Shown here: in pieces, positions 1-12,301 of the stretch | Layout of the letters: each line of letters opens with the position of its first letter | How positions within the stretch are numbered: position 1 is the stretch's first letter | Origin: Dicyema japonicum | Lineage: Eukaryota > Animalia > Dicyemida | Direction: 5' to 3' | Length of the DNA stretch: 64,000 bases | NCBI GenBank assembly: GCA_011109175.1 | Contig: RDEW01000051.1 | Span: 118,685 to 182,684, forward strand | Program-made: the position numbers and the translations under genes | Notes under the pieces: model-generated | Seen by the model: only the letters and a program-made list of their open reading frames with translations | Database searches by the model: none | What the model was told of the DNA's origin: nothing

Positions 1-3
1 TCT

Positions 4-246
4 GTGTCTGATGTTAGTCACGTGGTTGATGGTGATATGTTTTGCTACATTGGGTGTGCCAAGGAGTACATGAGGAAGGGTGATGTCATGAGTGCTGTGA
101 GGTTGATGGGAAACCTGAAAGGAGAGGCTGGAGTAGTGTCATCCACGTGGGTGACTGAAGCGTTGAGGTTTTTGGAGATGAGACAGGCCATTAACGTGAT
201 CAATGCGTATGCCCGTTATAACGTGAAGATTGCCAGTAATTGTTGA
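4..246 (+). CDS. IMMT: MIC60/mitofilin C-terminal exon (gene starts upstream of window)
   Basis: GDVMSAVRLMGNLKGEAGVVSSTWVTEALRFLEMRQAINVINAYA matches the mitofilin C-terminus pattern (GDL..A..VNQLKGE..RVA.DW..EAR..LET.Q....L.AYA). Confidence 0.8.
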   Translation: MSDVSHVVDGDMFCYIGCAKEYMRKGDVMSAVRLMGNLKGEAGVVSSTWVTEALRFLEMRQAINVINAYARYNVKIASNC

Positions 247-1443
247 CAAACTAATATTATTGTTTGCACTTACTTGGGGACAAGTAATTAAGTTCCTGAC
301 GTCGTTTGGTTTTTAGATTTTTTGTGACGTCATAGACCCACCTGAGATGCCTAGTGTTTGGCTGGATGCGGTTTCAGTTTTTAGTCGTTTTTTTCACATC
401 TCAAGATTTTTAGAAAGGTTGCACGTGGTTAGCCATGAAATACCAAATGATCTTTTATGCCGTAATGAGTGGAGTAACAGGATATGTCGAATTGACACCA
501 TAGATCTTCATTGGTATCCGAACTGACGAGTTGACTTGCAGTTTATTAGGTTGACGATGAAAAATCATACTTTTATACATACTAGGTCAACAATTTAATT
601 GAATTTTAAGGTCATTTTTAATTTTAACGGAAATATTTCGGTTTTTCTGGTGATTACATTTCTCATCTGTTCACTTCTCGAACGAGCTAACCTATAAGAA
701 CCATTTTATAGAAACGTAAGATGCTATATAAGAAGTTCTTCGAGAGTCGACTTATCTACGTGGCATTTTTCTATATTTCACATGAGAGTAGTTACGTGTC
801 ATAGCTGAGTGATGTTACAAACCAAAATACCTACACCCACTATTGGATGCTTTCATGGACGGACTAGTAATAGATACAAATCATCCCTCTTACATCACAA
901 TGGTCAGGAATGTTCGCGATTCATAAGAGATTTTTGAATGCAATCTACAAATAGAACACCAATATGTGTATCACGACTTAAACAGGACACTATAACACCA
1001 GGAGAAAATAATAAATGTATATGCTCTTTAAAGTGAAAGACTATATTATCTATTTTCTGTTTTAGCAGTTTATTGATGGAAGACAGTGTTTCCCCGCTAT
1101 ACCTACAGCTGTCTCAACAACAATACCATGGAGAGATCCGGTCCAAGGCCCCTTCGCACTTCTATTTGACATTCTCAATGGCGTATAACATGTTCACCCA
1201 CTCGACGATGTTTGTAGAAGAAATGGGTCCAATGCACGTGATCTTCCATATCAAAGACCTCCCCTCTCCAAACGAAAAGATCGTAATTCAGTCCGACCGC
1301 TTTCCCTTTAAGAGATGAAGACACTCTGCGCAATACAAACACTTGACCATCTCAACCCCCAACCACGTGGCTAACACCATGAGCACAAAAGTCAAAGAAT
1401 ATTTATTAGCAAACGAGAAAGTCCAGTGTTAGTGATAAATAAT

Positions 1444-2779
1444 CTAAATATAAAGGGCAGAAAAGCAATCCGTCATAAACTAAGCCAATCACACTCAAAA
1501 TAACCCTCTCATAGTTGACGAGCCTTTTGGAATCACCCGCGTTGCCCCATTCATTGAAGATTCGGAAGGAGTCCATCACCAACTTCTTAATAATTGTAAA
1601 TTGATCCAATTTTAAGCAGTCTTTGGAGATTCTCATGCAAAAATTCACAAATTCATTCATTCTTGATCAAACAGGCCATTTACCTGTAAAATCCCAGGGT
1701 TTTGAAGAACTCGCAAAGCTGGGGGCCGGAGATACTGTACCTATTCGTTGAAAATCTAAATTCCACAGAGACACGGACAACCTGTTGAAGTCATGGGCAC
1801 ATTCAGTCACGTATTGCTTGAGCATAATGAAATCATCCATATTCAGTCTTTCCGGACTAAAACGGTAATTTTGAATTTTACTGATTACGGGAAAATTTAC
1901 GAACAAGTAGCTGGCAAATATGGTCACTGAAAGGCTGATTGTCCATGTTCATGAGTCCGGGCTGCAGTTCCCTCCACGTGATATAGCCTGACCTGTCGGT
2001 ATCTATAATCTAGGGTCCTCAGTATGAAAAACCTCACCAGAAACCATTCCTTGTAGGTATTCATATTCTCCATTGGAGGACCATGAGGTAAGGGAGTCGA
2101 ATAGGGTTGATTACCCCCTGGCATTCCGTAGCCTGGGACTCCGTATGGTGGTGGGCCTCCTGGTGCCGAATTTGGGGAATTCCCTAAATAAGGGTTGCCT
2201 GGGGGTCTCTGGTTTCCCGGATATTCTTGAGGAGGGGCACAAGGAAAGCTGGGGTAAATTGATTTGTATTGATTTGAGTACCCCGGTTGCTGAGTTGGCA
2301 GTCTTACTGTATTAGTGGGATGATAAGGTACCGTTTCTAGGGTCATCATAGGCTGCTGAGGCGAATGAAGGAGTAGTTCCGGGTGGGTTGTAACCCCCAG
2401 AGTGTTGCCCTTGTGGAAAATTCTGACTTGGACCAGTCATTGAAGGAGCACCATAGGGCTGGTTGAAACTCCCAGGGACATTTCCTTGTGATCCGTAGGG
2501 CTGGTTGTAACTTACGGGGACATTTCCTTGTGATCCGTAGGGCTCGTTGTAACTCCCGGGGTTGTAGCCTTCTGGAAAATATGAGGGATTACTGTATTGA
2601 CCACCCATTGGGGGTACATTTCTTTGTGAGCCATGAGACTGATAGTTGTCTTGATATGGATTCTTTCCACTCATTGGAGGGGCACTTCCTTGTGCGCCAT
2701 AGGGCTGATAATTACCCACGTTGTACGGTTGATTAGGGTAAGAGGGATTATACGGATTTTGGTTATGCCCACTCATCAA
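1444..2779 (-). CDS. PEF1: Penta-EF-hand protein (peflin/ALG-2/sorcin family) with long G/P/Y/Q/N-rich N-terminus, multi-exon
   Basis: Manual splicing of 25-28 nt introns gives YKEWFL-IIDTDRSGYITWRELQPGLMNMDNQPFSDHICQLLVRKFSRNHPERLNMDDFIMLKQY...DSFRIF...VNYERFMTDCFSALYI*, collinear with peflin/ALG-2. Confidence 0.85.
2454..2566 (-). repeat. 42-nt coding tandem repeat (about 2.5 copies of YNQPYGSQGNVP.S)
   Basis: tagggct recurs at 2454, 2496 and 2538 with near-identical spacers. Confidence 0.9.
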
Positions 2780-3089
2780 AAATGAATATTATTAATTATA
2801 ATTTTATTATTTTTGAATTTATTTTTATTAAATTTGATTAAATAAAAAGTTTCAGAAATTTTTAAATAAATCAGTCAATTTAAGATCCTTTCCGCATAAT
2901 TTTTTATTACGTCGATTTTCCCAAAATTCAAGTCGTGGTTAGCTAATTTCATTAACGGTCGAATAGGCCAAGTTACGGCAAACAAACAAAAATCAAAACC
3001 GCGATACATTCCAAATGGATTGTCACTAAGATCACTGTTGTCACCAACGCTATTCAATAATTGCTTTAGTGACCTACTTTTCTCAACTA

Positions 3090-3756
3090 CAAAAAAATTA
3101 ATTCTTATCGTACGCGGACGATCTCGTGATTGCAGCTAAACTTGGTGGGTTCTTGAAAAACCGTCTAAAAATATAACCAGGAAAGTCACGTGTAACGACA
3201 TTTACATCGTCACGAAGAAATACGGGCAACACCAGCAGTAAAATATGATTTCCTTGACCCCCATTAAGAAGACCCTTTCAATCCTTGGATCCTCTCCTTT
3301 CACATATCAAGCGGACTTGTTTACCTAAGGATCCAAAAGATTATCAAGGCTTTTCACGCACTCCTCAGTATCTTCCCTCCCATCTTTGGAGCTAGTTCTA
3401 CCGAGTATCGAGTACCACTGTGCTGCATGGGTTGCTCCGTTATCACTTCGGCACAGAGCAAGCTGGAAGTGTAACAAAACAGATGTCCAGAATATTGTTG
3501 AGATCGTCGAAAGGACGCCCACTTTGTTACTAAGAAAACTCTAAAGGTCCCACAAATCATGGAATACCTTACATTACGCCGCCAAGACTTCCTCCATGTA
3601 GTAAAATCTCCTGAATATCCCCTTAGGTCAGACATCAAGCTATATCTGGATGCCTGCCCGAGATTCGAGAAGAAATCTTTCCCTTTGTGGAGATTAATCA
3701 AGAACTCCAAAACTAACCGCAGGAGAAGGCCTGGTATGGACTCGGGGATCACTTAA
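3090..3756 (+). mobile_element. Ingi-like non-LTR retrotransposon relic (RT C-terminal part to ORF end)
   Basis: SYADDLVIAAK at about 3108; degenerate thumb region (KLEV.QN, LKVPQIMEYL); ends in GGGATCACTTAA like the other Ingi-like ORF ends in the window. Confidence 0.7.
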
Positions 3757-4056
3757 CTTAGACAATTACTCTTGTCTTTTTGTGATAATAAAATTAAACA
3801 AGCCGGCGTTGGTTAGCTGTTGTCTCCATTTTATCTTCTGAGACTTCACGATGCAATTTCCAGTTAGCACCTTTGTAATTGCTCCGCGTGCACATAATCT
3901 AGCTCCAGCGGAGGGCTTGTCGCGAGCTTCAATTATTTGACAACCGACGTAGTCTCTTTCGAGACCTCCACAGCCCGGACTTGTGTACTTATTAAAGCTC
4001 AATGTTGTGTATATGTGACACGTCAATTCAGATGCCTAGTTTTGATTTTAATTGCC

Positions 4057-4312
4057 TTTATTTATTAGCCCCGGATACATTGAGAAAGAAGTTAAAGTAA
4101 ACAGCTAATTAAGTGTATCCAGTTTCCACTTCTACGAAAACAGAGTCCATCCGGAATCAACATAAAGGGTAGACTTCCATACTTGCAGTTGTGGAAGCCC
4201 CTCAAGTGGAGTGGGGGAGAGAAAATGATCCTTCTTCGTTCCGGCCTGGCAGAGGAGGAACAGACGAACAATCAGAAACTTCAACCAATTAGTCACGAAG
4301 CACCACGTGGCC
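4057..4312 (-). mobile_element. Family A (Ingi-derived RIME-like element), internally deleted copy
   Basis: Reverse complement matches the 6594-6928 copy in head (GGCCACGTGGTG..CTAATTGGTTG), body and 3' end; the first half of the pseudoknot is deleted. Confidence 0.85.
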
Positions 4313-4469
4313 ATATTGCTTAGGTGACTTGAATTGATGTATTTTATAATGATGCTATTTTATTTATTAATGTTTTCTGTTTTACCGGTTTTATCCACCA
4401 CGACTTTTACCTAAAATAAAACATAATTAATGTATCTCACATTCTCTTTAAATTTTCCCCTGCTCAGAG

Positions 4470-4760
4470 CAAGGTGTCCATGTTGAAACAGGTCTTACAA
4501 AAACACCAATACCTTGTTCATCGTCTGTCCTTGGGCTTTGTGTATAGTCATAGCGAAACATATCTTCACTGGAAATTTAGTTCTTTCTACCGGTATGTTT
4601 TCTTCCTCTTCCAAACAGATTTTAATTTTTGGAATCATTACTACTTGGCCTTTAAATTTTATCCGCGAGTTCTGGTGCCACAAACATACAACATTGAGCT
4701 TTTATTAGTGGATACAGATTTGACGTAGATAATTATTGATTTGTGCCTTTGTTGTCGCGA
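4470..4760 (-). mobile_element. Helitron/PIF1-type helicase C-terminal relic
   Basis: RTKFPVKICFAMTIHKAQGQTMNKV matches PIF1/Helitron helicase motifs (R.QFP..LAFAMTI.KSQGQT). Confidence 0.75.
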
Positions 4761-4789
4761 TTGGTGGTTCAATTCCCACATCATTACAT

Positions 4790-4930
4790 ACGTCATGTGA
4801 TTCACCTGTCCAAGGAGACACCCACTGCCACAATACATAAAGGATCTTGATCTGCCCTACTCTACTTGAATGGTTTTCACAATTGGGAATATGGATGTAC
4901 GTGGTCCTTGGAAAGGATGCGTTTCATTTT
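4790..4930 (+). mobile_element. Family A degenerate 5' portion
   Basis: cgtcatgtgattcacctgtccaagg...ggatc aligns to the family A pseudoknot region. Confidence 0.65.
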
Positions 4931-4989
4931 TCCTAGAGTGGTTCTCCAGATCTTTTATGAAGGTTGATACCTCAAAGAGGACATGATTT

Positions 4990-5410
4990 TATTATTATCA
5001 ACCACGTGTTAGATATAATTCTACAAGTGACACTGAGGATCTGTAAGAAAATTCCCTCAATAAGTCTGATGTTTCCATGGCGACTGGTTCAAAAATGAAC
5101 TGTCCACCAATATATTCGTATTTCTTATTTTTTCGGGTCTCAGCCTTTTCCGATCTTAGATGAGTTCTTGTCATTGAAAGGTTGGAGGTAGAGGCCATCC
5201 AAATATGTGGGGTCCCAGGTGAGGTATCTACCACTTTCCCGTTGTAAGAGTGTCGTCCCGTCAGGCCTATTGTTGGCTGGGGCCAGTCCGAGAGGCTCCA
5301 CTGAACAAGTAATCCAGTCGCTTGCAGTCCTCATGCAATAACTTAGTTGATGGCTTTGTATCTCGTACTCCTCTAACAGGAAAGAGCGTGAGACCTTAAT
5401 CATCCAGGAT
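4990..5410 (-). mobile_element. CRE-like non-LTR relic (restriction-like endonuclease domain)
   Basis: VEPLGLAPANNRPDGTTL...GRYLTWD and AEKAETRKNKKYEYIGGQFIFEPVAMET match the CRE-clade RLE (EP.GL...DG.RPDG.T....G..L.WD...K..KY....F.P.A.ET). Confidence 0.8.
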
Positions 5411-5546
5411 TTTGTCCGGAAAAAACATCTAAGGAGCTCAATTTACTGAGGATTCTTCGGTCCATTTTAAGTAATGAAAAATATTTCAAAATTAAATTAT
5501 TAATTAAAATTTGCTAATTAAAAATTAAATTTTTAAATTAATAGTG

Positions 5547-6512
5547 ATGGTTTCTAATGTTGTGATTTTTTTAGCTCAAGGCAAAATTCTGTTTGGATAT
5601 TTGCCAGAAATACAAATATTTGACATATTTTAAATCCAACATCCACACGTGACCATCATAAATTATAAACTAGAAACAACTCCCTCCTCTCCGGTCACAG
5701 TCACTGGCAGAATATTCAGGCCACAAAATCCAGTAAAGACCAGGAAAAGTCGAAGATCGGTTCTCGCCACATAAATAACATAAAGAATATAATCGGTAGT
5801 CTTCTCGGTCCACGTTAGACAGGGAGAAGTCATCAGATCCTAAAGTAAATCACCTCCTAGCCCGAGCCATAGAAGACGCCCGGCGGGACAACGTCTCTGT
5901 TTCCGTGATTGACCGAATCTTGCGGAAAACGGTCATGTTTGATCTCATTTTTAGAAAGGTGGCGTCGTCAGCACGTTTTGTGTACGGGCGAACGGTCCAG
6001 AGGGAATCAAGATCTGCGTTTCCGCGGAAAGCTCGTCACGGAAATTGTTTGAGTCCAACCTGAGAGGCTGTTTTAGGCGGAACGGGTCTCCTCGGTGAGT
6101 AATTCCAGATTTGTTTACTGTGATGACAAATCCGAGGACTTTGAAGCCACTGGGGTTATGCACGTGGACAAGGGCGGGAAAAGTTTGGACGAGATGATTG
6201 AGGTCGGCATAGAAATCGGGGCTGATGAAGTTCTTGAGCACGTGGATTCTTTGGGAAATAAATTTTTTGTGGTTTTGCTAGTTTGAGCTAATTTTGCAGT
6301 TTCTGACTGATTCTGATTCGTTTACACACGTGGAGCAGTCCCTGAACAAGAGGGGGTTTGTTTGCGCTTACTCTGCGGTTGAGTATTCCCCCTATGAGTT
6401 GATATCCTTGGATGAAGGACCTGCCAAGAAGGCGTTTGACAAGCTTATTTCCGTTTTGGAGGGATTTGAGGAGATTAACAAAGTATATGATAATGTTAAA
6501 GTTAATATTTAA
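5547..6512 (+). CDS. TACO1: YebC/PmpR-family translational activator of COX1 (start approximate, multi-exon)
   Basis: LSGHSHWQNIQATKSSKDQEKSK (YebC GHSKW.NI motif), RNGFVYCDDKSEDFEATGVMHV, and C-terminal FDKLISVLEGFEEINKVYDNV; 23-nt intron gtctcctcggtgagtaattccag. Confidence 0.85.
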
Positions 6513-6593
6513 TAAAATAATATTACTTTTTTTTGCAAACATAAATAAAACATTACAAATATGCCTTTATACGTTCAACCGACAATTAGCTAA

Positions 6594-6928
6594 TTTAGGA
6601 CTTTTGCCGCGTGGCGCCATATGGTGTTGCGTGGTTAATTGGTTTAATTTTTTTGCTTGCTTGTCTATTCCTCTTCTCTCTTCCTAATAGAGTGGCGTCA
6701 TGTGATCCACCTGTCTAGGTGACGCCCAGTGCCAGGCCGGCATGAAAAAAGATCATTTGCTCTTCCCCACTCCACTGGAGGGGTTTCCACAACTGCATGT
6801 AATGGACGTCTTACCCTTTATGCTGATTCCGGATGGACTCTGTTTCTGTAGAAGTGGAAACTGGATAATTAGTTGTTTACTTTAACTTCTTTCTCGGTGT
6901 ATCCGAGGTTAATAAATACGTAAATAAA
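6594..6928 (+). mobile_element. Family A full-length copy (335 bp) with 26-bp target-site duplication
   Basis: TATACGTTCAACCGACAATTAGCTAA at both 6568-6593 and 6929-6954; 5' part homologous to Ingi-like LINE 5' ends, 3' part to their 3' UTR. Confidence 0.92.
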
Positions 6929-7014
6929 TATACGTTCAACCGACAATTAGCTAAGGTTGGGCGTGTGGGGACTATACGAACTTTAAGATAATTAATATCT
7001 TTCAAACGACTGTC

Positions 7015-7210
7015 ACGGGGACCCTACAAAGGTTCTCCTCACTGTTAATGCCAACTCCGTTCGAGGAACTTTTGAGGGGAATGGAAACCCGATTACCATC
7101 GTCAAATCCAGGATGTGTCCCGTATATACAGGAAGTGCGTCGGGTCTCGGGACGAACACCATGAAAGGATGAGGCGGATGCTAAAAGAGGCTGGGATCAC
7201 CTGAAGACCT
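7015..7210 (+). mobile_element. Ingi-like ORF 3' end fragment
   Basis: Aligns with 55575-55750 (+) and 57380-57560 (-); ends GGGATCACCTGA. Confidence 0.7.
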
Positions 7211-7399
7211 CGTATCTTTTTTTAAATAAATAATATGTCACGACGCGATCGAGCATTAGACGCTCTCTTCCAAGGGATGTCTGGGTAAACCTGGCTCGTC
7301 TTCCGTGTGAACACCAGTCTCTTCCAACGTACTCAAATTGGATGACGTTAAAGATGTCTGCTCATCTTGCAACCTCTTCGAGTTGATGGAGGACGGGGG

Positions 7400-7560
7400 C
7401 TATAGTTGGGAAACGTCTCGATTCCGTGAGGGACCTAAATAGTACTCTACCGATGTTCTGGATGGGGACTTGTAAAAGATAGGGAAAAGTCTCAGAGAGG
7501 ACTTAGATTGACTACGGGAGTTGTTTGTGGTAGAACGTTGCTGTTAGGTTCTTTGGCATG
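7400..7560 (+). mobile_element. RTE-like LINE C-terminal relic
   Basis: Nucleotide similarity to 15330-15480 (gattgactacgggagttg vs gataaactacgggagctcg) and an STLPM motif. Confidence 0.45.
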
Positions 7561-7699
7561 ATTATTGCATAACAGAGTGCACTAATAAATAGTTCGATAG
7601 CTAGGATTATGTCCCACTACCAATTCTCCGTGGGTTTGATTCCCCCACTAACTACATGGTTGGAGATTTTCTTTATTCTTTTGTTTTTTCGGTTGTTCT

Positions 7700-7830
7700 A
7701 CTAGAGTGGTGTCATGTGATCCATTTGTCTTGGGTGGCTCCAAGTGTTGAGGTAACACGAAAGGATCATTTACTCTTCCTACTCTAATGAAGGGGTTTGT
7801 ATAACTATGGGGATTGGACGTCTTACTCCC
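7700..7830 (+). mobile_element. Family A partial copy
   Basis: ctagagtggtgtcatgtgatcc...gtgttgaggtaacacgaaaggatcatttac. Confidence 0.8.
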
Positions 7831-8289
7831 TTTCTGATGATTCTTGATAGACTTTGTGATATTGGAAGGCATTGTTCAGGGATCGTGGGAACTGGATACA
7901 TCAACTTACCGATTCACCCTGTGTCTTCAAAGAATGGAGTCTGAATCTTAATGGGAGAACTTAGTGGATACAGCGAAGCGGTGGGAACTTTTGATAGTAT
8001 AGGAGGTTGATGTCACGTGCGTATAGTCAATGTCATAGCTAATTTTTGATGTTTCGGGATCTTCCACGGTCTCTCCTCTAAAAATGATTTTATCAAACTT
8101 CGTCGGGAGATGTACGTGAATCTTGTCACCTGCTCACGCTATATCAGGTTTCCTACGTTATTCCTTTTCATTAGGTTCTCAAGGGTGTCGGTGTCATGTT
8201 ATTTTTTCCGTATACCACTTTTCTGTGAAAAAAATGAAAAATTAAATCAACAACATGTTACGAAATAGGTACTATAAGTCTGCCTTTTA

Positions 8290-11220
8290 GGACTAGACTC
8301 TTCATCCCGGTACCCTTTTTTCTAAGTAATCCATCCTATGTCTATTTAATTCAGCGTCCTGATTCGAATATCCTCCGTGATCGGCCTGACAAGTTTGTTC
8401 TCTTCCTCTGTCAGGCCTTCATACAATTTCTTCCCGAGGGCTAGTTTTATTGCCGCCCGTCGTGTTTTCTCCAGTCGGGCGGAATCCTTTCTCTCGAGGG
8501 GGTGTAGAACTATCCCTCGCTTCCCTAGATAAGTCTGGGAAGAATCACATTCCGAAAGACAAAGAGCATGGAATCAACGTCCAGCTTCAGTCTTCTAGTA
8601 CAGAACAGTGCCTGCAAAGCCTTCTTCCTCGCCCTTCGACGTCCTTCATGTATGATCCTCTCCCATCGACTGAAATCCCCAGGTATTTCAATGATGAAAC
8701 TCTCGGTATTCAGAGAGTGTAGGGCTCTTCCTGATGTCTACCCGGCCTGCTTATCCTCAAGTAACTGGATTTTTCCGTCGAGAGTTTCATGCCTCTCAGA
8801 TCGCACCAACCCTGGACCTCGTCGATAAACGCTCCTAGTCGCCGCTCTGAGATGTATGCTTTCAGAGATGAATCCAGGATTAAAATGTCGTCCACGTAAA
8901 TCATTAGCTTGGTTCTGACGTTCTGCGAGACGGAAAATCTTCCATAAATATGTTAAATAGCAGGGCAAAGAATAGATCCCTGTGGCACTCCTCTTTTAAA
9001 TGATATTCCATCCGAATAACTTCCACCAACTACCACGTGGATATCCTCCCGTTAAATAGTCTTCAGCCATAAGAACATTTCTTTAGATATTTTATAACGA
9101 ACTAGCTGACAAAATAAAGCCTTGTGCCATACACTGTCGAATGCCTTTGATATGTCGAGACAAATAAGGCTCAACTGGCTTTTCTTCTCAAATGTATAAT
9201 TTCGTAGTTTAGTGAGTAAATACAATTTCCACATGATCTTCCCGGACGGAAACCAAATTGATAAGGTCGTAGAAAGTTACTCTCCTCTATATACCGATTC
9301 AATCTCCTGAATACAATACGTTCCATAATTTTTGATGTAGAACATATAAGGCTTATTGGCCTATAACTGAGGGATCCTTCCTTGCTTTTCCTGGTTTGAA
9401 GATCATCTTCACAATAGATCGTTTCCATAAAGGAGGAACGTGTCCGAGCCTGAAACTCGAGTCATAAATCTCTCGTAGAACAGACAATAGTTCATCAGAA
9501 CCTTCTTTGAACATAATCATGGAGATGCCATCAAATCCTGGAGCCTTGTTCTTGCATTCACGAATTGCTGTTCTAACTTCTGCCATTAAGACTTCTGTCA
9601 AACTACCCAGATTTTCCATAGAGTAATCCATGAAATTAGGCAACTCCTCAGAAAATTTCTGAATACTGAAGGAACTTTTTCCAATGGGATTGTCCTTCTA
9701 TTTTGATCGGCCAGCTCAATGTTTTTCGCTTTTAAACTCCCATTTGTTAGCCTCCTGTACATTCTCCAGAAACAAGGGTTTTTCCAATTAACTTTAGAGG
9801 CTGCATTTTCGGCGTTTACTCTCCAAGCTTCTTGTAACATTTTTTGGATCACATCAATTCTGTATTTCAAGATTTTCCTCAATACATCGTTTGTGCTTCG
9901 CCTTCAGAGTATTCCTCTCGCGAATAAGATCCCGTATTATAGGTGGGCAAGAATCTTTGTTCTTCAGAAAGCTCTTCGAGTAAACCTTCCTTCCATATAA
10001 TTGTAGATACATAGTGTTTGATAGTTCCAAGTTGAAAACGTCCAACTCATTAAGTGTAGAAAAAGAATTAGTCTTCAATAATAAGGTCTCAGACAAAAAA
10101 TGACGATAATGTACCCAGTCTATCGACGAGGTATCGTAGTATAGGAAAATATTTTCTGCAATGTTTAATTCTAGGTTTAGTTATTTCCTGAGATCACTTC
10201 CTATGTCCCAAAGCAACCTTGGTTTGTCCACATGATCCAGGAGCTGAGGAGACACTAGAGCCAATCCCAACATGTCAGCTCCGTTGTATGAGAAATGGTT
10301 AGGTTCTTGAGACGTCAAGACTTCAACTCCAATTTTGCTAGTCAGATCTGCAAGGAGTCGCCCGTCATTATTTTTGCAGCATCCGTAGCTCGTATTCTTA
10401 GCGTTCAAGTCTCCTACCAAAATCGACAACGGGTTTGTTTCGAAAAATTGGACAATTTTCGCAGTAGATCGGGCCAAGTCTTTAGAATATAGCCCTCCCA
10501 CGCTTATCCATCTTCCTCCACATTGAATGTCGACGGACACAAATTCCGACTCGTCGGCCATTACAATGTAATCATTCCGTGTTTGCAAACCGTTTCGAAA
10601 AAAGATTGAAGTTCCAGTTCCAGCCACTGCTCCATCTTTCCATGGAATGCCCACCGAGTTATATCCTTCCATATTATATTTTTTTCCTTGTTTGATTTTC
10701 GTTTCGTTGACTACCAAGACATCCACCTTGGCAATCCTCACAAGTAGCGCTAGTTCATCATGCCTTTTCACCAGGGAGCGGGCATTCACCAGCACTAATT
10801 TCAATTTACTTTTCATCGTTTTGGTTGGTGGCCTGCGCTCTCCACAGCCAGGTCCACCAGACTCCAAAAATCCACTTTCAGCATTTTGCATAAATTGTTC
10901 AGACGAGAGACAATTTCATTCAGCTCCCGAGATACCGACTCGGGGACTCCTGCCTTCCTCTGTTCATGTTTACGTTTGGCGCTCCGATCCACCATGAATG
11001 TGCGAACTATCGGTTCTCATAATCTCTTCTGTCTGTTTGACCATCTCGCAAACTTCTGACTGCCTATGCAAATTTTTCCTTTTAGCGCTCCTCTCCAAAG
11101 GCCAATCAAGAGTATGTGAAATATTGGTCCACTTCATTTCTTGAATTGGCTTGATTCCTTTTTTTCTAGACACTGTTTGTCTGGAGATTATTTTCTTCAA
11201 CTCAAGACTGCTGGTCAACT
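8290..11220 (-). mobile_element. APE-RT non-LTR retrotransposon (I/Jockey-group-like; clade not resolved) with ORF1-like remnant
   Basis: APE (LVNARSL, NETK, GDLNAK, GSD) at 10181-10891; RT motifs YRPISLICSTSKIMERI, QFGFRPGRS, LDISKAFDSVWH, GVPQGS, YVDD at 8700-9640; broken by single-base frameshifts. Confidence 0.88.
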
Positions 11221-11224
11221 TTTC

Positions 11225-11580
11225 TCAAAGATCTACTTCTTGATTTTCAACAGAAAAGGGTTATGGTCGCTTCTAGTGTCCTAGATGACGGGCCAATTTA
11301 TTCTTGTAGAAAGAAGAGGGGAACCGAGCGTGATATCTAGCCAAGTCGGCTGATCTGAGATCCTGCCTAGTGTTCTCGTGTTTTTGGATGGGCAATTTAT
11401 GACTGTCAGAGGGGTTGACGGACTGGCCTGTCAGTCAGAGGGTATGCTTGGCGTTAAGATCCCCACAGATCGTAATGTCATTTAAAATCCTCAGAACTTA
11501 CAGGTCCATTGAGTATTTTTGGGGATGACCCAGTAGGAGGTACATAAATACTAAGAACAACTTTCCTCTTGTAGGAGTTT
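11225..11580 (-). mobile_element. Ingi-like APE domain relic
   Basis: Manual translation: LSIYVPP...ITICGDLNAKH...WLDITL...DTRSDHNP. Confidence 0.65.
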
Positions 11581-11594
11581 ATTTCAATCATGAA

Positions 11595-11865
11595 GTACCT
11601 GTTCGAATCCCACTGCTGTCCATTCGGTTCAAGGTTCCACGCATCTATGTTGCTTTGGTTTGACGAGTGACGCCGTCATCAGTGAACATCTCACTGCGGA
11701 ACCGGATCGTCTAAAAAAGGACTCATACCCAACAAAAATAAAAGACAAGTGAAGAGCATTCCTTGATTCTCCTTCGTCGATTAGTTATGATAACTGTTTT
11801 TTGCTTAAATAAAGTGTGTGTTCTGGCTGAGGGAGAGATAGCTAATGTGGCTCCTCGTAAAGTGC
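11595..11865 (+). mobile_element. Family B tRNA-derived SINE copy
   Basis: B-box GTTCGAATCCC, then AGGTTCCACGCATCTA and the TTGACGAGTGACGCCGTCATCAGTG body shared with 22372, 23120 and 25773. Confidence 0.8.
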
Positions 11866-12301
11866 ATTATTGTTAAATGGATGTGATGATTTGTAACTTC
11901 AGAATCGAGATCCCGAAAGGGTGAACCCACTCGATTTGTGCTGATTAATGTGTCTGATCCATCATAAGAAATTATTTCAAAGGAATCTATGTCTGATGAT
12001 CCACTTAGGACATCATGTTGAGCATCTCATGGTGTTATTGGCCGGTTAACCACGTGGTTGATTGGTCGGAAGGCTGTGGAGTTAATGTATTTTATTTTAC
12101 TAAATGTCTACCTGGAGAAGGGGCGGGGAAAGTCTAATCAATTACAAGTACCACTTCTACCTGTGGTAGGCTTTCGCTTTCCTGAGGCATTCTCTGACCC
12201 AATTCCGAGCATTTTCCATTTTAAATATTTTTTACCAATATTTTTAAATTAAAATAAAAGACTATTAATAATCTATGTTAATTTTGAACACCTCACAAAA
12301 A

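Noticed and set aside
320-365. gacgtcatagacccacctgagatgcc as another family A copy
   Set aside because: Too short and degenerate, and P1/P2 partners cannot be found.
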